From Camelus dromedarius (lineage: Eukaryota), in the NCBI RefSeq assembly GCF_036321535.1, contig NC_087447.1, positions 37,760,001-37,824,000 of the forward strand: a DNA stretch of 64,000 bases, read 5' to 3'. A model generated the notes under the pieces. That model was not told the DNA's origin. It was given only the letters and a program-made list of their open reading frames with translations, and did no database searches. Of this stretch, positions 27,521-38,180 are shown piece by piece; position 1 is the stretch's first letter; each line of letters opens with the position of its first letter. The translations under genes were made by a program, and so were the position numbers.

Positions 27521-28229
27521 ATGGCATGAATGGAGTACAGAAAACAAATGCTCAGGGAAATGTACGGAATATGTGGAGTGTAAGATCATTTATCTGACGA
27601 GTGGCAAATAGCACAGAAGTCCATTCATATTCCAGTAGAACCCAGCAACTATGAAACTATGACACTCAGTATAAATTTAGTTACCTGGAACCAAGTTCCC
27701 ATCAAGCATAAGGGTATGGGGCATCTACGGACCTCAGGGTGGAGGTGGAGGCTTATGCCCCATTTTAAACCCCCCAAATTCTCAACTCAAAGCATGATCT
27801 GAAACTCAAGCACTTTTCATGAGAGTGCTAAGGCGCTTTCTCATCTATTATAGGACCAAGATAACCAAAATCCAAACTTGAAATTTGAGTGCCATCAAGG
27901 AATTTTATCAAATGATCACCGGATATTTGATGTGAAATTAAGACATTAATTAGGAATGAGGATGATCGTGAGATTTTTGAAAGGAGATATTTAGACTGTT
28001 TTAGGGGGTTTCCAAATATCTAAAATCCCTCCTCCTCTATTGAGGCTCTTATACTTGAGCTCAGAAGGCTTTTTTCCCCTTGCTTGAGAAACTTTTACTT
28101 TGCAAGAGAAGGCCTGTTCCCCTCATGCCTACTGTATCTAATAGATGGATGGATGGATGAATAGATAGATGCCTCCTATATATGATGCAGTATTATCCTA
28201 TAACCACTATATGTGTTGTAAATCTCTCT

Positions 28230-30295
28230 ACTAGTTGTCATTCTTTTTTACTTTCTTTATAAAAAATAGGAGTTTTTAATTTATCAACTTTTTCTTCTTT
28301 GGTTAGCACTATTGATGTTTAAGAGGACTTCTTTACTCTAAGGTCAGAAAGAATTCCTTTATATTTTTCTCCTAATGATTCTAAGTATTTGCATTTCACA
28401 GTAGATTCCCTAACCCACCTTGAACTGATATTTTGCTAGGTTTAAGATAGTATCCAAGTTCATTTTTTTCCCACATAAATAATCAATTACCTAATACTAT
28501 TTAGTGCATAGATCCACTGTCATAGGTCAAAATTTAATACATACATTGGTCTATCTCTGGGATCTTGACCATTTTCCTTTGGTTAATTGCTAGACCGATA
28601 CCACTTTGTCTTAATTACTACAGGTTTGTAATAACTGATGGAACAAGCCACGCTCAAAAAGTTTTTATTCAGGAGCATTTTAACTGCTGTTTATCATTTT
28701 TCCTTCTAGATAACTTTAGAATCAACTTAACAAATCGTAAAAAAATCCTTTTGAGATATTTATTGAATTCACATTGAATTTAATTATAGGATATTTGATG
28801 CCTTTAAGATACTGAGTCTTTTCAACCATGCATGTGGTATCTCTCTCCTATTATTTAGCTATTTTTTAGTGTCTCTTACTCAGTAGAAACAGTAACTGTA
28901 GGCTTCTTTACCTTTTACCTGATTTAAAAGGGAACGTTCTGTTTTTTCAGTAAGATTGATATTTGTTGCAGGTTTTTTGTTGATGCCTATAATCAGGTTA
29001 AGAATATTCCTTTCTATGCCCTGATTACTCATGTCATCTACAGAGCTAATCCTAGTATTACTAAATTTATGAATTTTTTATGGATTAATGGATTTTCAAA
29101 TGTCAAATCACTCATGCTTGCGGGCAAGCGAATATTGGTTGTGATACATTGTTTTAGAATCACTGTTATGCTTCGTTTGCTATTGTTTTCTTTAAGATAG
29201 TTGTACCTTATATTCATGGTGACATTGAACTGTAATTTTTCTTTCTTATAAACTTCTCATCTGGTCTCGTTCTCTTTGTCACACTGACCTCCTGAAATGA
29301 GTTAAGCAGTATTTCCTCTTTTCCTATTCTCGGGCAAATTTTCTATACAAGTAGAATTGTCTCCTTGAATATTTGGGAGAATTCATCTATAAATCCAACA
29401 GGTCCACACTGTCTTTGTGATAAGACTTTACAAAACTGATTAAATATAGTATAGTTATGTAATGATTCAAGGTTTCCATTCCTACTCGAGTGAGTCTTAA
29501 TAGGTTTTATATTTTCTAGGAATTTGTCCATTTCATCTACATTATAGAACTTATTGCCATAAAGACAGTTGATAGTTACTATCATTTTATCTCTGCTGTA
29601 TCTTCGGGCATGTTCTCTTTTTTAGCCTTGATATTATCTGGATCTGCTCTCTTTTTTTTGTTGTGCAACTTCATTAGAGGTTTGTCAATTTCATTAGTCT
29701 TCTCAAAGAGCAAACTTTTGGCTTTATTGATTCTCTTTCTAATATCTTCATCTTATTGTCCATTGATTTCTTTTTGGGGGGTGGTAATTAGGTTTATTTA
29801 TTTATTTGTTTTTGGAGGAGTTACTGGGGATTGAACGCAGGACCTCATGCACACTAAGCATTCACTCTACCACTTGAGCTATACCCTCCCCTCATTAATT
29901 TCTGCTTTTATCTTTGTTATCTCCTTTTCACATTCTTTGGGTTTTCTCAATTTTTCATTTTTCATTTCTCAAATTGAATATCTCAATTTAAGTGTTGAAT
30001 TTAAAATTTTAAATTCTCTAAATTTTACCCATTTTTTTCCAAATATTATATAGGGCTATCATATTTTGTAAAGTTATCACTTTCACTGCATTCCTAAATT
30101 CTGATGTAGGGTTTTCATTATCATTCAATTCTTGGTATTTTAAATTTTTCCATTATGATTTCTTCTTTGAATACTGACTTACTTAAAATCTTATATAATG
30201 TCCAAGTATTAAAATGTTGTTGTTGTTATTATTACTATTATTGCTATTATTACCTTCTATCTTAATTGCATTATGGTCAATCAATGTGCTGGCCA
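28230..30295 (-). mobile_element. Degenerate L1 ORF2 body fragments
   Basis: T-rich antisense L1 sequence; minus-strand translation NKFYNVDEMDKFLE...GPVGFIDEFSQIFKE resembles L1 ORF2 (NKLENLEEMDKFL...PGPDGFTAEFYQ). Confidence 0.8.
29771..29891 (-). mobile_element. tRNA-derived SINE (camelid-type), inserted in the L1
   Basis: Minus strand reads ggggagggtatagctcaagtggtagagtg...gaggtcctgcgttcaatccccagtaactcc...aataaataaataaacctaattacc; A and B boxes; imperfect TSD cattgatttct / cattaatttct. Confidence 0.88.
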
Positions 30296-30406
30296 AGATG
30301 AAGTAAGCTTACTACAGTGTGTTTCTCACACTGATTATAACTAAAACCTCCAGATAAAATATGAAAAGGATCTATTTGAGGACTGTTAAAAGTAAGCAAC
30401 AGCAGC

Positions 30407-30528
30407 GGGGAGGGTATAGCTCAGTGTTAGAGTGCGTGCTTAACATGTATGAGGTCCTGGGTTCAATCCCCAGTATCTCCATTAAATAAATAAATAAGCC
30501 TAATTACTTTACCCCCTGCCAAAAAAAA
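30407..30528 (+). mobile_element. tRNA-derived SINE (camelid-type) with TSD
   Basis: ggggagggtatagctcagtgttagagtgcgtgcttaacatgtatgaggtcctgggttcaatcccc...aataaataaataagcctaattac...poly(A); TSD aaaagtaagcaa(c/t)agc at 30388-30403 and 30525-30540. Confidence 0.92.
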
Positions 30529-30789
30529 GTAAGCAATAGCAAGCAGGTGCATTAGGGAGGGGAAAAGAATGAAAAAAAAAGCCCGTAATTCCTGGGGTTT
30601 TTTTTTTTTCTCTTTTATCTTCTAAATTTAGCTCAAGTGTGGTTTCGGTCATGGAACTGTGCAGTGGGCACAGACAACAAAACCCGGAGAGAATCCCCCT
30701 CTTTCTGGCCAGAGAAACAAGAAGAAGAGCTCTGACAATCTAGAATCTCCATTGTTTTTTTCATTTTTTTCTCTTCTGGCCCTAGAATG

Positions 30790-31085
30790 GGTGAAGGTAG
30801 TCAAAAAGTACAAATTTCCAGTTATAAGATAAGCAAATGTCATGTGCAGCACGGTGACTACAGTTAACAACACTGCATTATGTATTTTAAAATTGCTAAG
30901 AGAGTAAAGCTTGAAAGTTCTCATAACAAGAAAAGAAACTAACTGTGTGGTGATGGATGTTAACTGAATTTAATGTGGTGATCATTTCACAATACACACA
31001 TACATCAAGTCATTATATCGTACACCTAAAACTAATACATTGTATGTCAATTATATCTCAAGTTAAAAAGATGATTTAAAAAAAA
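30790..31085 (+). mobile_element. L1MA-type 3'UTR fragment
   Basis: aaaaagtacaaatttccagttataagataag...aaattgctaagagagtaaagcttgaaagttctca...tacacctaaaactaatac; similar to the element at 1-425. Confidence 0.8.
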
Positions 31086-32424
31086 TAGAGACAGAAGACA
31101 TAACAGTTGTCATCAGGGTTTGAAGGTTTAGGGGCATGAGGGACTTTTGAGGAGTGATGGAACTATCTCGTACCTTTATTGTGGTGGTGATTACATGACT
31201 AAAATGTATTGTCAAAACTCATTGAACTATATGCCCCCCAAAACGCTTTTACCTATAAAAATTTTTAATTATATGCTTAAAAGGAGGTGCTAGGGCTGGG
31301 ACTCTGCAAAACACATTTTCCTTTGTCAGTGGATCCCTATTAGGCTCTGCCAATTGGAGGTCCTAAAAGGAGACCAGAAGGCGTGAAGAACAAACTTGCT
31401 CCTTTCTATTTTGATTTCTGCCTCTGTCAGCATCCCCACAGAATTTCTTCACCCTGCCAGGGAAGTTGGTTCCAGTTACCAATTTTGTTTTGTTTTTCCA
31501 CACCCCTAGAACAGTCTCATTGCCTCCCCCCACCCTTCAAAAATACCACCATCAGCCGACCTCCCTCCTCAGTGTTCTGAGAATCCTTCTTCAAGTTTCT
31601 AGATTCTAATCCCCACTCCCTGCCCCAACTTTCCCTTGGTCCCCTAGCTGGATGGTAGCTGCTTCTTTTAGTTTTTGTCTCTGCACTATTTCTCATTCTC
31701 TTTTGCCTTTTCAGTACTCTTTTACCTGCTTAGTCAATTTCTTACAGTATTCTTTCTGTTAAAAGCACTGATGTGGTTTCTGTTTTACAGACTAGAAATT
31801 GGCTGATAGAAAGTAGAAAGCCCCAGTCTTTCTATGCCCTACAAAGTCCTACATGATCCATCCTCCCCATTACTTCTCTGAGCTCATCTTCCACTTCTCT
31901 TTTCCCTCACTCATAGACTCACAAGAAATACAGTAGATAAAGGAACATGTTAAACCTCACCACAGGGATGTCATTATCAAAATTCAAGATATGGGAAACT
32001 TTATTGGACAAATAACTTAGTCTCTCCAACAACTAAATTGCAGGGGGGAAAAATGGCAGAAGTGGAATCTCTAGGTTAGGAGAGCCTTACAACATAGCAA
32101 CCAGCAGCAAGGTGAAGACCTAATTTGAGCCCTGATTTACATTTTTATTTATACGTATGTATAGCTTTTACATTTGAAACATGTGATTAATGTATATGAT
32201 ATATATACATATAGATATATGTAAGGTAATTGAGGGATTTGAACTATTCAGTTGTTAAATGGAATTACGGTTATGTTTAAGAGTCTTCCCCATTTGGAGA
32301 TATAGGGGGAATATTTATGGATATGTTGATATAATAATACACTGGTGGGGGGGATCTGGAGGAGAGTAGATGGCTCAGAGATTTAATAACATTGACAACA
32401 AATTGAGCATTGTTGAAGCCAAGC

Positions 32425-32775
32425 GTCTTAGTCCATTCAGGCTGGTATAACAAAATATTACTCACTGTGTGGCTTATAAACAATAAATATTTATTTCTTA
32501 CAGTTCTGGAGTCTGGGAAGTCCAGGATCAGGGCACCTGCAGGTTCAATGTCTGGTGGGAGGCCCACTTCCTCGTTCACAGCAGTAATCTCATGGTAACC
32601 TCATTTGGTGGAAGAAACAAGGGAGCTCTCTGGGGTCTCGTTTATAAGGCACTAACCCCATTCATGAGAGGACCACTCTTGTGACCTAATCACCTTCCCA
32701 AGGCCCCATCTAATACCACCACTTTGGGGGTTAGGGTTCAACACATGAATTGTGGGGGGATTGACCCTATAGCAC
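32425..32775 (-). mobile_element. MaLR LTR (MLT1A/B-like)
   Basis: gtcttagtccattcaggctg...tttctacagttctggagtctgggaagtccaggatcagggcacc...gacctaatcaccttcccaaggcccc; homologous to 46760-47132 and 58912-59300. Confidence 0.85.
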
Positions 32776-33254
32776 CAAGTAAATGGTAGAAAGGGTTCAT
32801 TTTATCATACAAAGACTAGGTTGTTTGTATGATTTAAATTTTGCATTTGTCTTCAAAATCTGAGGGTCTACCATGTGAAGCAGCTAGGTCAAAGAGTGGC
32901 TCACAGATCTCTGGAAAATATGGGGAGCCATTGTTGAGAAGCATATACTGCAGTGGATTCAACTGTATGCTCTGGAAACCAGCACCTGTGTCTGCCACTA
33001 TTGGTCTATGTGACCTTGGACTGCACTTCTCCATGCCTCTGTTTCTCCACATGTGAAGTGGAAATGATAATGGAATCTAGCCCCATGGAGTTGTCATGAA
33101 GATTAACCGAAGTAATAGGTATAAAGCACTGTCTCAGAACATCATCTGGCCCGCAGTAAGCACTCAAAATACATCTATTATTGTTATTGTTATTGTTATT
33201 GTTATCATCACATAGGAAAACAATCTGAAATGAACCGTCAGGGTCTTGAAACAA

Positions 33255-33711
33255 GTGTATCCAAAATATGTCTTTAATCTTAATGAAGTTCACAAATGGC
33301 ACAATATTAACATTTCCTTAAACAAATTATACAATCATGTTCTTAGACAACAAGGCATAGCATCACCATTACCATGTGTCCCCAGAGGCCACAGAGGCAG
33401 TGATTTAATGTCCCCCTAAGATCTGGCAAAGCTGCCATGATCAACAGGACAGTTTTCAAAGAACCAAGTTGCTCCCAGATAAGCTAATGAGATATGCCAT
33501 CACATTTACTGCACATAGAATCAAATATAAAAAAGATGCACAACAAATATGGAATTAGCTTATTTTGCATTCAGTTTCATTTCTTTCAAGTGACAAAGGT
33601 GCTTTTTTTGATATCTATTAGGATGCAAACATGTATATTTTCCATGGGGCCTTCTCACCAACTGTTGTCAACAGAAATAAATAGAAGTGGTGAGTTCAGC
33701 TTCATGGTAAC
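33255..33711 (-). other. CALCB: Calcitonin/CGRP gene exon 6 (3'UTR of the CGRP isoform)
   Basis: Long pyrimidine tract then catcccag|GTTACCATGAAGCTGAACTC, similar to the recalled human exon 6 start; ATTAAA signals at 33404-33409 and 33273-33278; 3' end approximate. Confidence 0.8.
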
Positions 33712-34089
33712 CTGGGATGAAAAAGAAAGAAAATTAAAAAGAAGAAGAGGAGGAAGAGGGGGAGGAAAAGAAGAAGGGAGAAGTAGGAGAATAAGAAGAC
33801 AAGAAGGAAATAACCACAATTATTACTGAAAAAAAGAACAAATTTATCGAAGTACTTTGAACGACATTTGCAAATTACAAACGTGAGATGTAAGCAGGCT
33901 TTTAAGGCAAATGATTACAATATAATTAATGGTCACTGTTAATATTAGCAGTAGTGTTATGATTATAGCCATCTGGTCTAAATCTGTGAACACTGATCAA
34001 GAGTTGAGGACTTTCTGAATCTGGATTTATTAATGATGAGTGGCCTAAGCTAAAATTTGTAAGACTCTCCCTTTCTGAATCCAGTAAGG

Positions 34090-34180
34090 TTTTTTTGGTA
34101 TTTTTTCCCCCTTAACGGAGGCACTGCGGATTGAACCCAGGACCTCTTGCATACCAAAGCACTCACTCTACCACTGAGCT
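34090..34180 (-). mobile_element. Truncated, diverged tRNA-derived SINE in intron 5
   Basis: Minus strand agctcagtggtagagtgagtgctttggtatgcaagaggtcctgggttcaatccgcagtgcctcc matches the other two SINEs. Confidence 0.8.
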
Positions 34181-34443
34181 TGAACCCAATGAGTTTTCTT
34201 TTTTTCTCCTCTCAGAAAGATGACACTGCTTCTCTGCAGCCTGTCCTAGTGCTCTGATTTCAAGCTGAGTTGCAGAAGGAAATCACTACCTCATGAAGAA
34301 GAATGTTATTAGAGAGAAAAGATCTGAAAAACCTGCCAGGTGTGGTGGGTTTCAAAATATGGATCCTAACCTCCAACCTCCTAACCTCCTAACCTCCTTC
34401 CCCTCCCATCCAACAGTACGAGGCGGTCACCTTCCTCCTGGAG

Positions 34444-34615
34444 TCATTTCGCTGCTCGGGCCTGAAGGTCCCTGCGGCGCCGGCCGAAGGCTTCAGAGCC
34501 CACGTTGGTGGGCACGAAGTTGCTCTTCACCACACCCCCAGATCTGCTCAGCAAGCCCGCCAGCCGGTGGGTCACACAGGTGGCAGTGTTACAGGATCTC
34601 TTCTGGGCAGTGATG
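34444..34615 (-). CDS. CALCB: Calcitonin/CGRP gene exon 5, CGRP-coding (exon runs to 34431); mature CGRP at 34486-34596
   Basis: Acceptor ctgcaaaacag|C; translates [56 protein letters not shown]; donor GAAG|gtgacc at 34430; not in the ORF track. Confidence 0.98.
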
Positions 34616-35023
34616 CTGTTTTGCAGGAAGGAGAAAGAAGAGAAGGCCTGTCAGTGAGAGGCTGGAGCTGGAGCCTATCCCTCGGGGCTTTCATAAAGAG
34701 GAACACAGCTCTTCCACACACCACTTAAGAATAAGTGTTTCTCCTAAAAGCAGTTATCAAAACTGTTAGGGAAAATGACCTGGCAGCCTATGCTAGGAGC
34801 CCAGCCCAAAGACCTTCACCAAAAAAAACCAGTTCTAAGCTGTGGGGCAAGTGTTAAAACCCTACACTTATCACCCCTTATATACAGTCCCTTTGGGACG
34901 AGGAAGGAATAGTCAGCAAAGGCCCAGCCCCATCCGAACAGTCAAGAAGCATACAGAGGCCATACCCCAGCCATGAGCACCAACAAAACCACTTTCTTTG
35001 GAAAAAAATGAAAATTCCCTGAA

Positions 35024-35053
35024 GACTTACCTGGAAGGGGTTCAGAGCAGAGT
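35024..35053 (-). promoter_or_regulatory. Intron-4 polyadenylation/splicing enhancer (zero-length pseudo-exon)
   Basis: ctctgctctgaaccccttccag|gtaagtc: pyrimidine tract and CAG directly abutting a consensus 5' splice site, ~230 nt after the exon-4 AATAAA, as described for human CT/CGRP intron 4. Confidence 0.8.
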
Positions 35054-35258
35054 GTTTGCAGCATCCTCCTCCAGAAGTGCTTACCTGCTCCTCAGCACAC
35101 CTGTTCTTGCTGGAGGTGGTTCACAGGGACCCTTACCAAGCTTTGAATCCAGCTACCCTGAGGCTAAGGCTACTTTTAAGCACAGGCCCTGGGCACTCTC
35201 AGGCCTTGGACAGAGACCAGAGTAATGACCACCAAAGCGCATCCTTTTAGAAAGTCAG

Positions 35259-35264
35259 TTTATT
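35259..35264 (-). terminator. Poly(A) signal AATAAA of the calcitonin (exon 4) isoform
   Basis: tttatt on plus strand, ~270 nt after the calcitonin stop, followed by GU-rich gctttggtggtc. Confidence 0.85.
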
Positions 35265-35533
35265 CATCAATGATGAGGCACAAGGGCCGAAGGAAGAATT
35301 GGAGGGCTCTGCTATGACATCCTCTGGGATCTCAGAAGCTTCCCTCCCTCTCTCTTATCTCTAACCCTGTCTGTGAGTCCCCCTCTCTTTCTTTCCATCC
35401 TGAAGCCCCCAGCATTCTCTGTCATAAGCAAAGCTACCCATACCAGCTCGAAGAGCAATCAGAGGGAAATCTGCATGCATTAATTTCATCAATGGGAACA
35501 AAAAAAGGAAATCCAGGAAGGAGTGGAAGGAGT

Positions 35534-35732
35534 TCAGTTGGCATCCTGGAGCACCCGAAAATGGGAGAAGTGGTCCCTCTCCGAGCTGCTTGCTATGTCA
35601 CTTTTCTTGCCAGGCGTTTCAGGCCGGAAGCCCAGGCCAGACAATCTATAAAAGTTGTTCAGGTCCTTCCAGTACGCGCTCAGCACACAGGTACTCAGAT
35701 TACTGCACCGCTTAGCTCTGGAGCTGTCCAGG
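35534..35732 (-). CDS. CALCB: Calcitonin/CGRP gene exon 4, calcitonin plus C-terminal (katacalcin-like) peptide; mature calcitonin at 35612-35707
   Basis: Acceptor tttcccctgcag|C; translates [65 protein letters not shown]; artiodactyl-type calcitonin. Confidence 0.97.
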
Positions 35733-36615
35733 CTGCAGGGGAAAGACATGCCAGACAATAGCATGCACCAGGGCTACCCCCGGGGGGGGGGGGTGCAGGC
35801 ATGCAAAAGGTTAGACCAGGGAGGGGACACTTGGAGCAGAGGTGGGAGGGGCAGGCAGGAGGGCGGCTCATACATCCTCCATTAGGAAAACCTGGAGGTT
35901 TGCTGAGCCAGGGCAGTGTGGAGAAGGGCTGTAGTGGGGAAGGGGTGACCTTTTCTGGCATTCCACATGCTGCTCAGTACTTCATGCTCTGCAGAAAGGT
36001 TCTCAGGGTGGATGCAGGTGTAACACGTGACTCTGCTGGTGTGAGCTCCAAGCTCAGGGTGTGCAGGGAGATGGGGCTGGGGAAGGGTGTCTGGCCCCAT
36101 GAGAACATGCACATCTCTGCAGATTTGACACATCTAAAGGCTCCAGACCTACCTCAGACACTGCTCTACCTGACCCCACCCTCTACACAGCCTTTGATTT
36201 CACCTTGCAAATGTGCAATGAAGGCGCCTTGCCAGTGTGAAAGAACAACATTCACAGGTTAAATTTCTAAAACATCCTGAGATATCCTAGGTCCATCCAA
36301 TGGCTTCACACTTACTAATCCTAACTCATCCAGTGCTGGTCATTCCAGCAGGGCAAGACCAATTCCCAGAGCAAGTGATTCCACACCTCCCCATTTCATT
36401 TCCTAACAGCTTCCAGGAATGGATCTTTTTAGTATGTCTAACCCCAGATCCTCCAGCTGCACCTGGACCTCTGTCTTCCACATAGGCTGAGAATGGCTGG
36501 GTCCCAGGTCCTGGTGAACCAGGACAGCCTGCTGGACTCTTAATCAGATGTTGGTTTTCCTACCTCTCTGGGATGTGTCCTCCTGAATATGCCAGGGCTG
36601 GGTGGCGAGCTTTAC

Positions 36616-36753
36616 CTGGAGCCCTCTGTCTCCTCCTCCTGCGCCAGCTCATTGGTCTTCCTCTGCATATAGGCCTTCACCAGTGCAGCCAGCAGGAGGC
36701 GCCCTTCCTTCTCATTGAGTGCCCAGGGATCAGAGAAGGTCTCCAAAGATGAA
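36616..36753 (-). CDS. CALCB: Calcitonin/CGRP gene exon 3 (shared propeptide)
   Basis: 138 nt; acceptor ctctctccag, donor CAG|gtaaag; translates [45 protein letters not shown]; phases fit exons 2, 4 and 5. Confidence 0.97.
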
Positions 36754-37017
36754 CTGGAGAGAGGAAGCAAACCCAGTGCAGGCTCTGAGCCCCTGCCTGC
36801 CTCCTTCCAAGGATAAGCAGCCAGGCTTCCTGGTCCCTGTGGCATCCCCTGAAGATGTGGCTCTCCTGACTCCCAGCCAACAGGGCTCAAGGCCAGTGTC
36901 CACCTGAGGATGTTGATTCACAGGGTGCCTCCTGCTGCTGTGACTTCAGAGGCACAGAACTGTCTGATCCCAGGGGCAGTGGAAGGGGAATGATCTCGTG
37001 GCTTCCAGCTGTCTCAC

Positions 37018-37103
37018 CTGAGTGGTGCTGCCTGGAGACTGCCTGCCTGGCACAGGACCAAGATGCTGAAAGCCAGGAAGGGGGAGGATTTCCCGAAGCC
37101 CAT
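37018..37103 (-). CDS. CALCB: Calcitonin/CGRP gene exon 2 coding part (signal peptide); exon starts at 37112
   Basis: ctttacag|[41 protein letters not shown]; 86 coding nt; donor CAG|gtgaga. Symbol is by position next to INSC; the gene is CALCA-like in output. Confidence 0.97.
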
Positions 37104-38180
37104 GATGCCTCTCTGTAAAGGGAGAATGACGTTACCACTGCACCAGGACCAACCACCGCCTGGAGCCCACAGTCCCAGGTTCCAGTCCGGCCTCTGCCAC
37201 AACAGCCTTGTGAATTCAGGCAGGTTACCCCACCTCCCGGTGCCTCAGTTCCATATTTACCAGGCAGACTGCTTTAAACCTCAAAACATACATTATAGTG
37301 AATAGCTTGGTACAGCAGAAACGGGTGTCCTTGGGTGATGGCAGGGGGATTCTAGTTCTGTTCTGTGGAAAGCCAAGAAGCCACAAGCACATACACCTAA
37401 ATCCACACCTTTTGCTCTATGCAGGAATCAAGTGAGGAGCCACCCTGCGGGAGGCTCACTTTCCCACTGTGCCTGTTTCCTTAGGGACTGAGAAATCTAG
37501 GACCACCTTCCCCTGGGCTGGACTTCGCGGCCAGTGTGAGGGGGAGGGAGGCAGGAAGGGTAAATTGGAAAGGAGCCCTAACCTCTCAGTCTGTGGGTTT
37601 GGACTTGAGGATAATTTAACATGCCGCTTACTGGCGTCTCTGGGCTCTGCCCGCACAGCCCGCCTCTGCTGGAGTGAGGTTTAGCAGCAGGTGCTGGGCG
37701 CCAGCTCCCCGAGGTGACTGCACTGCCCCAGGTCCGCGCCAATGCCCCAGGGATGCTCGCGGGCTGGAGGTGCCTCAGAAGAAGATGCAGGGATCAACGG
37801 GCCCCAGAACCAAATGCGATCCCTCGGGACACAGACTGCGCAGGACACTCCCAGACCAAACTCGGGCAGGATCCTGCACGCTGACGACGGGTTCCAGTGC
37901 AGGGGCCGCAGACCCGCCTAGCTGGGCTCGAAGAGCTTCCAGCGCCCAGGCGAAACCCTGGGGATGCTTGTGGTTCCCAGGACGCTTGTTAGAAGAAAAT
38001 GAGCTTACAGCCCCAACCTCCCACCTTCTCCCGAGCGGGACAGATAGCTAGGAACACCTGGCTATAGGGGGGCCGAGATGGCCATGAGAAGCCAAAAAGA
38101 GAAAGGCAGGCAGATGGAACAAACTGGATGAACTAATCCAGAGGCTGGTAATTAGAGTGAGCGGAGTGGAAAGTTCTCAC

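Noticed and set aside
30407..30480. tRNA-like sequence with A and B boxes
   Set aside because: Has an AT-rich tail, poly(A) and TSD, so it is a SINE and not a tRNA gene
34486..34596. Possibility that the gene is a CRSP paralogue
   Set aside because: The peptide has the canonical CGRP sequence ([30 protein letters not shown]), and exon 4 is a true calcitonin type
35733..35764. ORF-track N-terminal extension [10 protein letters not shown] of the calcitonin exon
   Set aside because: Intronic sequence upstream of the acceptor; its ATG is part of the UGCAUG element
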